In this document: one piece after another, positions 1-12,399 of the stretch
How the letters are laid out: every line of letters begins with the position of its first letter
Numbering within the stretch: the stretch's first letter is position 1
NCBI GenBank assembly: GCA_951406725.2
Contig: OX597818.1
Coordinates: 131,750,001-131,814,000 of the forward strand
DNA: 64,000 bases
Reading direction: 5' to 3'
From: Octopus vulgaris
Taxonomy: Eukaryota
Position numbers and translations under genes: made by a program
Notes under the pieces: model-generated
Told to the model about the DNA's origin: nothing
Database searches by the model: none
What the model saw: the letters and a program-made list of their open reading frames with translations, nothing else

Positions 1-32
1 AGTAGTAAAGAAGATCCCTACCTATTACCTAA

Positions 33-94
33 GTATATATATCTATATAAAAATATATATATATATATATGTATATACTTATATATATACACAA

Positions 95-125
<31 letters not shown>

Positions 126-160
126 CATGTGTATATATATATATACATATATATATATAA

Positions 161-255
<95 letters not shown>

Positions 256-451
256 CATATATATATACATATATATACATGCATACATATATATGTGTGT
301 GTATAAATATATATATATATATATGTATGTATATATACGTACATATATATATATATGCATACATATATATATGCATGCATATACATATTTATATATATGC
401 ATACATATATATATGTATATACATATATATATACATACATATATACATATA
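33..451. repeat. Compound (TA)n/(TACA)n/(CA)n microsatellite
   Basis: Direct dinucleotide and tetranucleotide periodicity; source of the YI/YM-rich ORFs. Confidence 0.97.
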
Positions 452-905
452 TGCGTGATCTTGGCGAAGCTGGATAACTTGGAGAGTGGTTACATGACTT
501 CCTAAAAGATAGCAGTCAGGCAGTGATCTACCTCAATGAAAATACAAATAGTGAGCGGTGTTCCACAGGGCACTGTCTTGGAACTACTGCTTTTCATAGT
601 GGTTTTCTCAGATATGCCCACAACTTCCCAGAAAGCTACCCTTGCTAGCTACACAGACGATGTGAAAGCCTCACAGAAAACACAGAACCCCTGCAATGTT
701 GCACATCTGTAGCAGAAGTTGGACTCAAGTTACAGATGGGCTGTGAATAATAATATGCAGTTTAATGCTCAAAAATTCCAAACCCTGCACTACCAGTATC
801 CAAAACTGAATATGCAACTTACAGGGTACACTTGACCACAGGGAATTAGAATCCGAGAACCTAAATCAGTGAGGGACATGAGTGATGATACCTCTTTCCA
901 AGTGC
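452..905 (+). mobile_element. CR1-clade LINE, decayed reverse transcriptase fragment
   Basis: Translates to [11 protein letters not shown]...VSGVPQGTVLELLLFIV...LASYTDDVK...WAVNNNMQFNAQKFQTLHY. These are the GVPQG and YADD-type RT motifs, with stops and frameshifts. Confidence 0.88.
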
Positions 906-3620
906 ACAAAATTATGGTAAATAGGGTCGGTGCCAGAATATCCCCTTGTTTTACTACATTTTAGTAGGCTCCGACATTTTACCTCTAACATTAATCTTAA
1001 CTTCCATGACTTCATGAAAAGACCTAACCAAAGCACTTTTCAGGACAAACAAGTTTCTAGAGAACTTTCCACAGTGCATTTCTATTAACGGTATCAAAAG
1101 GCTTTTGTCAGATCAACAAAAACCTGATATAAATCCAAACTTTGTTCCACACACTTCTCCTGAAGCTCTCTAGTTGAAAAGATCACATCAGCAGTGCTGC
1201 ATCCCACATGAAAGCCAGACTGACTTTCTGGAAGAACACAATCTGCAATGTGTTTCAGCAGATGATCCAGACATACCCCTGCATAAAACATCTCCCACGA
1301 CAGAAATCAATGATATTCCTCTATAGTAACCACAATCATTCCTGTTGACCTTTCCCTTATATAAGACCACTACTAGTGTATCTCTCCAGTCCTCAGGTAC
1401 AGATTCACTAGCCCATATCCTGCCAAACAAGAAGTGAAGTTGCTGCAGAAGTTTCTCACCACCTGCTGTAACAACCCTGCATGTATGCCATTCATACCCA
1501 GAGACCTCGCATTATTCATCCTTGAGACAGCCACTGCAACTTCTTCCAGCTTTGGTGGTTCTAGGAGAGCCACCTTCACAGGTAATTCAGGGATGTGATT
1601 GAGAGCATCCTCACTAACTACAGACTGCTGATTCAAAAGTTCATCAAAGTGTTCTCGCCACCTTCGTAGAATTCCTTTACCATCCCTGCTTTGAAGTGGT
1701 GTCATCAGAGAAGAAGTCGGTCCATAAACTTCTCGCAAGAGACCATACAACAGCTTTGTGTTATTGGAATCCGATGCCGCCTGTATCTCATCAGTCTTCT
1801 TACCCCACCACGTATCCCTCATCTGGGAAAGTCTCCACCTCACACGTGATTTCACATCCTTGAGTTCCCTATGCAACACTTCCCTCTCCTATGGATTTGC
1901 TGACAAATACCATGACAAAGTACGTCTTTTATCACCCAATAAATCATCTATATGTTCATCATTTTCTTTAAACCAATGTTGATGTTTTCTTTGTATCAAT
2001 CCCAGAACTTTCCTGCCTATATCATAAACTGAGATTTTAACCCTTTCGTTACCATATTCATTTTGAGATGCTCTGTGTTTCTCTCAATTAATTGTAAATA
2101 TAACAAAGAATTTAGTATAATTACTTACGTATCATTCAGCTACTGTTAGGATCATAAATTGTGACTAAGGTTTGGTGGTATATTTTAATGAAAAACTTAT
2201 GAAAACAAGACATTTATACTACAGAGCCAGAGCCGGTTTTGGCCGGGTTAGTATCAAAAGGGTTAAGGGTTGGCCCACCCTCCTCAATATTTGCAACATT
2301 CATTTCTTCTTGTAAAGTTCTCTTCACACTATTACACCTAAGATGACCAACATTCAGTCTTTTAGGCAGGGTAATACCTGCAGCCCAGATTTTACGTTTT
2401 GTAATTAATTTCACTTTTGCATGTACTAGGCAGTGGTCAGTCCAACACTCAGCCCCACGAAGGACATGAACACACTTCACATCTCGTCTGTTGCACACCC
2501 TAACAAGGATGTAATTCGGAATATGCCATACTTTAGATGCAGGATGCATCCATGTGGTCTTGAACTTATTCTTTTATTGAAACAAGGTATTGGTAACACA
2601 CAGACACAGCTCCTCACACATCTGCAGCAGAAGCATACCATTACTATTACACTTTCCCACCCCATGCTTTCCAATTACAGTCCATGTGTTAAAATCCCTA
2701 CCCACTCTAGCATTAAAGTCACCCAGTACGATGACTTTGTCTGCCTGAGGGATATTTCTTATAATGCCCTTCAAAGCATGGTAGAAAGAAAGTTTTTCCG
2801 TCATCAGTAGAGCACATAGTTGGAGCATACACACTCACCAAGGTCACATAATTTCCTTTAACCAAAGGAATTTTCATGGACATAAGATGCTTGTTAATCC
2901 CGATTGGGAATTCTTCCACCTTGTCCACAAGAGTAGTCTTAACAGCAAATGCCACTCCAGCCTCTCCTCTAAACTCTTCATACCTCCCTTTCCAAAAGAA
3001 TGTATATTTTCCACAAGATTCTGTAAGATGACCATCTCCAGTTAATCTCATCTCAGATAAAGCAATGATGTCAAGATCATAGCATCAAAGCTCCTTTGCA
3101 ACAAGAGCAGTCCTTCATTCAGGACATTCTGAGGACTCACAATCAAGCAGCATCCATACATTCCAACAGCCAATATTCAATATTTTATTTGGTTCTATCA
3201 CAGTAGCACGATGACAGCCGGGTTCAGACAATGATGCCCTGGAGCCCCTGCCGGGCCAGACTCTTCCATCTGATGTGATTCCAGATTCCTTAATGCCATT
3301 TATTTTTATACTGTTTTGGTACATCCTTGATTGTTGAGACTTACAGCACTATCAACAATCATCAATTAGTTAATCAATCAACCAGTTTAATCAATCAATC
3401 AATCAATACTGTTATCATGCAATGCTTGTGCAAGAAGATTTTCTTTAGAGTGAGGAAAGGCTGTGCACTGAGTCAATCCCACTCACTAAGCTGCGGCAAC
3501 CATAACCTGAATAGAAGAACAAGTCAACATCAGCGGTAACCACTGAGCTGCAGGTTTTATATCGGAGTAATCCCAGTTATGTGAGTTGCCTTCTCCTAGA
3601 AGGATGCCCTAGTAAAGGCT
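901..3620 (-). mobile_element. RTE-clade (BovB-like) LINE: 5' UTR, APE endonuclease and N-terminal RT; 3'-truncated pseudogene
   Basis: APE motifs: LNIGCWNV, IIALSE, YTFFWKG, GVAFAVK, VSVYAPT, LGDFNARVG, CWTDH. RT motifs: YRGISL, LPESQSGF, FVDLTKAF, VKQGDILAPTLF. An RTE-type 5' UTR motif (gggcatccttctaggagaaggcaactc) lies near 3583-3610. Many frameshifts. Confidence 0.93.
2041..2262. mobile_element. piggyBac-type MITE, family A, nested in the RTE
   Basis: TTAA at 2037-2040 and 2263-2266; CCCTTT...AAAGGG termini; homologous to 18017-18238. Confidence 0.9.
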
Positions 3621-3897
3621 AATGGTTTAATCGCACGATCAGATATTCAGTCTGATTATTTCTATGTCCCCACACAAGATACAGCTCTAAGCTGGATAAG
3701 ATAGATATAAGGGGGAAAAAAACACATATGATATATAAAAAAATTTTGATATACAAAATATACATAAAATATATGATATGGGGTATATAAAAATATATAT
3801 ATAAAATTATATATAATAAGCAAACTATAAAAATATACAATATATAAAATTATTGAGAGAAAGGGACATATGCAGTAAATCTATAATTACACACATA

Positions 3898-4090
3898 TTG
3901 GATGGCCGTCGACTCCCAAGAGTTCCTCTACACTTTGACAGGTTTTGTTTTTCATCCTGCAGGGTGTCCAATAAACACCCTCCTCATCAAGCAAGCTTGG
4001 TGGGGTTGCTTGTTTAGTTACCAACAGCCTGACCATGCGACAGGTTATACTGGGTTACATGTTACCAGTAGCACTCGAAAGTGACCTGAC
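3898..4090 (-). mobile_element. Dispersed repeat, probable LINE (RTE-like) 5' UTR
   Basis: A diverged homologue at about 12915-13065 lies upstream of weak APE-like sequence; several hairpins. Confidence 0.5.
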
Positions 4091-4219
4091 ATTATATATA
4101 TATACATACACAGATATATATGCATATTCATACACACACATATATATATATATACATATACATGTATATACTCATTTTCATATATATATGCATGTACATA
4201 TATATACATATATTCATAC

Positions 4220-4253
<34 letters not shown>

Positions 4254-4345
4254 TCATACATATATATACATATATATATATTCATACATATATATACATA
4301 TACAAATACATATACATACATATATTCATACATATATATACACAT

Positions 4346-4393
<48 letters not shown>

Positions 4394-4444
4394 GCATATA
4401 TATACACATATACATACATATATACATACCTATATATACACGCA

Positions 4445-4487
<43 letters not shown>

Positions 4488-4620
4488 TATATATATGTAC
4501 ATATATATATCTATATACCCGCATATATGATTATATACATGTATCCATGTATGTACATACATACACTATGTATGTATGTATGTATGTATGTATGTATGTA
4601 TGTGTGAGTGTGTGTGTGTG
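4091..4620. repeat. Compound (TA)n/(TACA)n/(TATG)n microsatellite
   Basis: Direct periodicity. Confidence 0.95.
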
Positions 4621-4623
4621 TTA

Positions 4624-5080
4624 GGTGCAGACATGGCTATATAGCTGGGAAGCTTACTTCTCAAGTGCACACTTAAGGGTTCTGTCCCAATGCATGTCAT
4701 GTTGGGCTAGTATCTTCTAGTATAGACCTGAGTTGACCAAAACCTTGGAGGTATATTTGGTGGATGGAAGTTGAAATAAGCTCGGTATATATGTATTTCT
4801 CTGTGTGTGTGTACATGCATATGTGTATGTCTGTGTACATGCATATGTTTGTGTCTGCTTACCTTGAAAAGAAAGGTGCTACTTTTCTGTAAGCTATGTT
4901 ATGCAAGTAATGTCATACAAGCAATAACATTCCAATATTATGCACAAACATAGTTGGGTTAGGGAAATACTAGCTACCGAGTGAGCATTGGTGCCAAGTA
5001 AGTGTTGATGAAAAAAAGGGGCATCCAGTCATAGAAAACTGCCTCCGTAAATGTGGATGTTAAAACAATGATGATGATAA
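4624..5080 (+). mobile_element. Old tRNA-headed SINE with RTE-type tail
   Basis: Degenerate head (ggtgcagacatggct...gttgggctagtatcttct), internal (TG)n, tail gggcatccagtcatagaaa...ggatgttaaaacaatgatgatg. Confidence 0.7.
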
Positions 5081-5123
5081 AAGTGTGTTTGTGTCAGTAA
5101 AAGCAATTAAGATTCAAGTGAGT

Positions 5124-5262
5124 TACCCTGATGTAATCTCCAGGGATACAGGCATCCAGCAACAGGACCTCCGTAATGCCATGATGGACCGTGAAGTCTG
5201 GCGTAGCATGGTAAATTCCATTGTTTCGACTACGGTCGAACAATGATGATGATGATGATGAT
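5124..5262 (+). mobile_element. RTE LINE extreme 3' end (5'-truncated)
   Basis: Encodes YPDVISRDTGIQQQDLRNAMMDREVWRSMVNSIVSTTVEQ* followed by a (TGA)n tail; near-identical to 40294-40560 on the minus strand. Confidence 0.88.
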
Positions 5263-5544
5263 GTGTTTGTTATTTTTCTGTAATCTATAGACTCATTTGA
5301 CCAAAGTTTATATCAGTTTTTTGAAGTGTTTAAGTAATTAACCTCAAGCAAAGTTCCAAGCATGTTCTGCTGAGTGGAGTGAAACAATGTGAAATATATC
5401 TTGAACATATACCTATTTGAGTACCTATTTGAGGTATCACACACTCTAATAATTATATCAACCATTAGACAACATGCAGTCACTTATATGCCTGCATGTG
5501 TATTAAGATACATATGTGTTTATATATATGTATATACACATTTA

Positions 5545-5584
<40 letters not shown>

Positions 5585-5839
5585 TAGATAGATAGATACA
5601 TACATACATACATACATACATATATGTCTGTGTATGTATGTATATTTATGTTTTATACAGTGTGTATTTGTATTATATATATATTGCACACACATATATG
5701 AAAATGGAAACCAATTGCTTTATTAGCTTATAATACAAGAGTGAAGTTAAATACAATGGATTTATATAAATTTTCATAAAGAAATATCGGAATCATTTCA
5801 AAACTGATTTGTTGGCTTTCCACAAGCAACATTTGCTTT

Positions 5840-6080
5840 GGCAATTCTGGACAGAACATTGAGATCCATAACCTGTTCAATTTTCAAAGAATCCATGCTA
5901 AAACTAGAAGTATGAGAAATGCGTGTTAGGGAATTACACTTTGTGGATGACTATGGTTGACCATGGTCTTCAAGATATTTTAGCAATCCCAGACTGCTTC
6001 TTGTCTGCTGCAGAAAACTTTTGTTTCACAATCAGTAAGAAGAAGCCTAAAACTGTGCACCAACACTGCCCTAGACCTAG
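5840..6080 (+). mobile_element. RTE-BovB-like RT fragment
   Basis: NLFNFQRIHAKT...RELHFVDD...DCFLSAAENFCFTISKKKPKTVHQ matches the LFNLRRL / RELLFADD / GLTISLKKT blocks of RTE RTs. Confidence 0.75.
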
Positions 6081-6364
6081 GTGCTTCCCTACTAATTTAT
6101 ATGTACGTGTATGTATGTGCGTGTGTGTGTGTTCACACACGCATGCACACAAAATTTATACAATATATACACATATACAAATATGTGTATTACATATCTG
6201 GTTACATATTATCACCACAGGCTGGTACACATGCTGCAAATTTTGAGTTATTAGTGACTAAGCTGACCACCAGCCATGCACACTGCTCATCCTGGTCAAA
6301 AGAATTACTTAAAACCAAGCAAAACAAAAACCATATACACACACACACACATATATATATACTA

Positions 6365-6745
6365 AGCACAGGTTTGACTTGTTTCCCAACTATATGGTTT
6401 TGGGTTCAGTTCCACCACATGGCACATTGGGCAAGTCTCTTCTGTTAGAGTTTATGGCAACTAAATCTTCTTGCAAGTAGATCTGATAGATGGAAACTGA
6501 AGGAAACCTTCATATACATATACAGGTATGTGAGTAGGTGTATGTGTATAGTGGTGTCTCCTTGTGTGAATTGTTGTGTCATTCATTTCCAATATTCTGT
6601 GGAACATGTCTGACTATGGAGGAATGACAGTTTACATGGAAACAAGTGAGGGTCGGTGACAGGAAAGGTATCCATCCATAGAAATACTGCCTCAATAAAC
6701 TCTGTCCCACCCATACAAGCATGGAAAAGTGAATGTTAAAATGGT
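6365..6745 (+). mobile_element. Old tRNA-headed SINE with RTE-type tail
   Basis: Head gggttcagttccacc...ttgggcaagt; tail caggaaaggtatccatccatagaaa...cccatacaagcatggaaaagtgaatgttaaa. Confidence 0.72.
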
Positions 6746-6988
6746 GGGGAGCTGAAACACTGATGGCATGTATACATTCTTATATCATAGCTTAAGAGTT
6801 TTAAAGTATATAAAAATGAATTTATTTAGTGTTAAGTTAGCCAATATAGAACTTATTACATCAGGCAGTAAGGACAAATATGTTTATTTGGTCAAAAGTG
6901 TAGTGTTTAGTCTGAGTTCTATCCATGGTTATTCACAATAAATACAAACAACCAAAGGTGAAGCTCAAAGTGGATTCTTAACTTGTAA

Positions 6989-7156
6989 GATAGGAGTGGC
7001 TGTGTAGTAAGTAGCTTGTTTACCAACCACATGGTTCCGGGTTCAGTCCCACTGCGTGGCACCTTGGGCAAGTGTCTTCTACTATAGCCTTGGGCCGACC
7101 AAAGCCTTGTGAGTGAATTTGGTAGACGGAAACTGAAAGAAGCCCGTCGTATATAT

Positions 7157-7187
<31 letters not shown>

Positions 7188-7402
7188 CGTGTGTGTGTTT
7201 GTGTGTCTGTGTTTGTCCCCCTAGCATTGCTTGACAACTGATGCTGGTGTGTTTATATCCCCGTTACTTAGCGGTTTGGCAAAAGAGACCGATAGAATAA
7301 GTACTGGGCTTACAAAAGAATAAGTCCCGGGGTCGAGTTGCTCGACTAAAGGCGGTGATCCAGCATGGCCGCAGTCAAATGACTGAAACAAGTAAAAGAG
7401 TA
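6989..7402 (+). mobile_element. Octopus tRNA-derived SINE (family S1: head, internal microsatellite, CR1-type tail), full length
   Basis: A box tggctgtgtag, B box gggttcagtccc, ccttgggcaagt core, tail ggcggtgatccagcatggccgcagtcaaatgactgaaacaagtaaaagag; many copies in the window. Confidence 0.93.
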
Positions 7403-7563
7403 TAGTTAGGTAGACAGATATATAGAAAATTTGTTACAACAAATTTCATCTGATACTTGCAAGCATAGTAAAGTGGATGCTAAAATGACAATGACAATGT
7501 AGATATGAATGAATATAGATACATATGTAAGTGTGTATGTGTGTGAATAAATATATTTGCATA

Positions 7564-7775
7564 TATATATTATATTAAATTAGAGATAAAACCACTATTA
7601 GGCAAATCAAACAATGAAAAACTTAAGCCAATACATAAAATTAAGTTTTTCATTGTTTGATTTGCCTAATAGGGTTTTATCTCTAATTTAATATAATATA
7701 ATATTTTACTATAAAATTGGATTCAATCCTAAATCTGATTTTTCCCTGTAAGTTTGGATTTATTCCCTAATATTT

Positions 7776-7780
<5 letters not shown>
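7564..7780. mobile_element. (TA)n-embedded inverted-arm element (Penelope-like remnant)
   Basis: About 62-bp inverted repeat, 7564-7626 / 7641-7700; arm nearly identical to 16801-16878; diverged homologue at 48952-49240. Confidence 0.65.
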
Positions 7781-7831
<51 letters not shown>

Positions 7832-9234
7832 ATATATATATGAATGAATGATTATATATGTATGCATATGTATTTATGTATGTGTATAAAGGAATGAATA
7901 TATATGACAGTGTACAAATATTTTCAAATACACAATATCGCCAACATGGATTATTACATGATGCTAAATAATGATTTTCGTAAATTTACTTCTGAAAAAT
8001 TTTGCAAATTTTGAAAACATTTCTTATAACATTTCCATTTTAAGATTTGGTTCTGAAATATATATTAAGTCACTGACTGACTTTAAATAGACAAATATTA
8101 ACAGAAGATACTCAGATATTAAGAGAAGATCTTTTAGATGCTCCTAAATAATGTGAAAATACTATTATTGCATGAGATGAGCAAATGGTGAAAATTAAAT
8201 AACTATTGATGACAATAATCAATAAGTACTGCAAATTTGAAAAAGTTGTTCAATAATTAAAAAGGTAAATTAATATTTTAAAAGCTTCTCTCTTTGTCAT
8301 ATATCCTTATGAAAATTATTTCTCCAAAACTCCTCATATTTCAGCAATTCTATTTATGGAAGCTGTCAATCTATATGATATATTCAGAATATATCTGAAC
8401 CTCAAGCCACCCCACACTCCCACCCCACACCCAAAGAGAAAAAAACATATTTATGCAATATTTTTAAATACATGAAAAATTAGCAAATAAAATATATTCA
8501 TTTGTGTAGATAGATAATTTTTTTTTCTTTCAACAATTCAATATGTTAAACTATACTTTCATTTAAGATGTATGAGTAAAATAATAGAAATTAATACAGA
8601 TAAATATGATAAAATTCCCTTTATTATTATTAATTTTATCATTATTATATAAGATTTACCAGTTCCACAGTTAAATTTTATTTATGCATTCTAAAATACT
8701 CCATGCCCATTTGTGTGTTAGTAGCCCTTCTATAAAAGAAGCATCTGAATAAAAATTCTTTCTTCTCCCAGTGAAAAGTCCAAAATTAAAATTTCAAAAT
8801 GGCTGACAGAAATTTAAAACAAATTTAATCCTAAGACTTTTAGTACTGTTGGCTGCTTTACATTTTTCTTAAATGTCTCAAACTGCATGAGATCACAACA
8901 TGTTAAGGTTGAAAAGACAGCTGACATTTTCACTACAATCTTTCTCACGTTTGAAAGTTAAAAATTAAAATAATCAAATCCTTTCTACTGCAACATTTAC
9001 GAAAGCAAGCATTAAAATTGTAAAAAAATTAAATTTTTAAAATTTTTCTTTAAAATTTAAAGAACAAAGTAGCCATCACATCACAACTGAAGCTGCTGAA
9101 AAATTTCCACCACATTTGAATGTGTGCTCAAATAAAATTTACAAATTACTAATTTAATATATCTCTGCTTCATCTTTAATTTTAATATTTCCAAGAAATT
9201 AAATTTCAATGTTCCAGCGATCTATCTATCAATA

Positions 9235-9483
<249 letters not shown>

Positions 9484-9964
9484 ATGAGAAAACTACTGCA
9501 ACAAACATACTCAGAAATTCAAAGGCTTCAATGATGACAATCAAAGTAGTTGAATTAAAAGTTGACAGAACATGCCCATAGCCCAAAGGCTTCATAATTT
9601 TTCCCATTTAAAAAATAATTCAATTGTATAATTATAATTCAACACACTTGTTACACAATGTAGTTAGTAAAATTAATAAATTTATATGCATGTACTAATC
9701 ATAATTGATGTTAAACCCTGGGACACCGCAAGACAAACAAAACTAAAATCAATGTCACCCCACCCCTGCTTATTACATATATTTTAGAGTAACTAGCATT
9801 GCATTATTCAATACATCCTTTCATTTTTAAGGTGTGGTGTGGTTTCAGGGAAAATTCAGCTGCTATTTTTAGCAGCTTCAGAAAGTAGACAAGGAATCAG
9901 ATATAGTAATAAGTAATTTATAACTAAACAAGTGCACTATGCACACACACAAATTTATACATAG

Positions 9965-9984
9965 CCTTAGTACATATATCTATA

Positions 9985-10049
<65 letters not shown>

Positions 10050-10682
10050 ATGTATATATATGCATGTGTGTGTGTGTGTAAATGCATATATATATATATA
10101 TTTTCATATACATTATGTATAAAAATATACATATGCATGTATATACAATGTCTATGACAGAAAATATATGAACAAATATATATGCATGGATGGATGGATG
10201 GATGGATGGATAGACAGACAGATAGACAGACCGATTAATAAAGAAAGAGATAAATGGATATGCCTATGTATATGTGTGTGTCAGTGTGTATATATATATA
10301 TTGATAAATAAATAAATGCATGCATTCATATATATATCTACATACATATGTATATACACACATTTATAAACATATACATACATGTATCTATGCATATGCA
10401 CATATATATATATATATATGAATGTATATGCATGTGTGTGTACATTTATAAATATATATATATGTATATATATAAATATGCACAAATATATAAATATACA
10501 CACACATGCAAAACTATATAATGCATACATTATGTGTGTGTGTATGCATATAAATATATATGTGCGTGTGTGTGTATACATGTATATATATATATATATG
10601 ATTGAATATATCCATGTATATACATACAAACATATATCTACCATACATATGCATATATATATATATATATAAGCACACACAC

Positions 10683-10713
<31 letters not shown>

Positions 10714-10731
10714 TAAGCACACACACATATA

Positions 10732-10765
<34 letters not shown>

Positions 10766-10770
10766 ACAAG

Positions 10771-10816
<46 letters not shown>

Positions 10817-10856
10817 ATATATATATATACATACACATATACATACTTATGCGTAA

Positions 10857-10903
<47 letters not shown>

Positions 10904-10925
10904 AGCACACATGCACACACATATA
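9965..10925. repeat. Compound microsatellite block (TA, TG, GATG, GACA)
   Basis: Direct periodicity. Confidence 0.92.
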
Positions 10926-11238
10926 GAAAGACATATAGGAAGATATCATGTACAGAACAATTAGAAACATCATATTCTACACATATGCTATTAATAGATA
11001 AACAATTTATATTAAAAAAACTCATATATGAGTGTTCAGACACACCCATTCGCAAACTAAAAAGTGTATTGGCACACTTATTCACATAAAAATATGGTTC
11101 AACAAATGATGTATACATACCTACATCTTTATCTATGCAGTAATGTAGGTATGTATATACATATATGTATATGTATTCTTTATTTAAAGCAGCAGAAAAT
11201 TCAACAAAACCTGTTACTCTGAGTTTCCCGTTGCCGTT

Positions 11239-11335
11239 CATGGAACTTTGGGCAAGTATCTTCAGCTATAGCCTTGGGCTGACCAAAGCCTTGTGAGTGG
11301 ATTTGGTAGATGGAAACTGAAAAAAGTTTGTCATA
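11239..11335 (+). mobile_element. SINE S1 head fragment
   Basis: ttgggcaagtatcttc...ccaaagccttgtgagtggatttggtagatggaaactgaaa. Confidence 0.85.
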
Positions 11336-11477
11336 TACATATATGTGTGTGTGTATATATGTGAGTGTGTGTATGTGTATATATGTATACATATATGTGT
11401 GTACATGTATATATATGTATATGTGTGTGTGTATACACACATGCACATGCACACACATATATAAATATATACATACA

Positions 11478-11512
<35 letters not shown>

Positions 11513-11585
11513 TGGGTAAAAACGGTAAGATAACAAAAGAAAGAAAGAGACCTCAATATTATGTAAATAGAGGAAATTTAACTCC

Positions 11586-11621
<36 letters not shown>

Positions 11622-11687
11622 GGAGTTAAACGCAGATGTTATTCAAATTCTCCTACTTCAGACACGTGTTTCAAAGATGTCACAGTT

Positions 11688-11835
11688 ATTGTGTAAGAAG
11701 CTTGCTTTCCAACCCCATAGTTCCAGGTTCAGTCCCACTGCATAGAACTTTGGGCAACTGTCTTCAACTATAGCCTTGGGCTGACCAAAGCCTTGTGAGT
11801 GGATTTGGTAGATGGGAACTGAAAAAAGTTTGTCG
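11688..11835 (+). mobile_element. SINE S1 head fragment
   Basis: B box ggttcagtccc and S1 head; shares variants (aaaaaagtttgtc) with the copy at 11239, suggesting a local duplication. Confidence 0.85.
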
Positions 11836-12043
11836 AATACATATACATATACATACACACGTTCCTTCCAAGTACTGCTGTAAACAACAGGCGTGAGCTA
11901 GAATGTTAAAACTTAGTGTGCATGAACAGCAGAGTCCCAGGTCAATTTATGCCAAGCAACTTCACTCTGCATGCCTTAGCTTCATTACTATGGCAACAGT
12001 CCGGATACTTATTGATCAGACTTTGTACATATATATATATATA

Positions 12044-12189
12044 TCATCATCATCATCGTCGTCGTTTAGCGTCCGTTTTCCATGCTAGCATGGGTTGGGC
12101 GGTTCTACTGGGGTCTGTGAAGCCAGAAGGCTTCATCAGGCCCAGTCAAATCTGGCAGTGTTTCTACGGCTGGATGCCCTTCCTAACGC
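12044..12189 (-). mobile_element. RTE-type 3' tail fragment (LINE 3' UTR or SINE tail)
   Basis: Reverse complement of gttaggaagggcatccag...cccatgctagcatggaaaacggacgctaaacgacgacgatgatg. Confidence 0.85.
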
Positions 12190-12193
12190 TCTT

Positions 12194-12242
<49 letters not shown>

Positions 12243-12399
12243 ATGTCTACATAGTATATATGTGTGTGTGCAGTGGAAATCAACCTGAATTTCTGTATGA
12301 CCAGTTATTATGTAAATTTCTTGGATATTATCATGGAAGTTTACAAAGAGAGCAACTGTCAACCATAGAATTGTTAGCCTGTCCCTGTATAAGGCCAGC

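Noticed and set aside
18-505. Long YI/YM/CV/HT-rich ORFs here and at about 4.0-4.6, 9.2-11.6, 17, 27 and 48-50 kb, including the 325-aa ORF at 10264-11241
   Set aside because: They are translations of (TA)n/(CA)n microsatellites, which lack stop codons; not genes.
6919-7227. Recurrent peptide ([28 protein letters not shown]...) in several ORFs
   Set aside because: It is the antisense translation of the SINE S1 head; its recurrence reflects SINE copy number.
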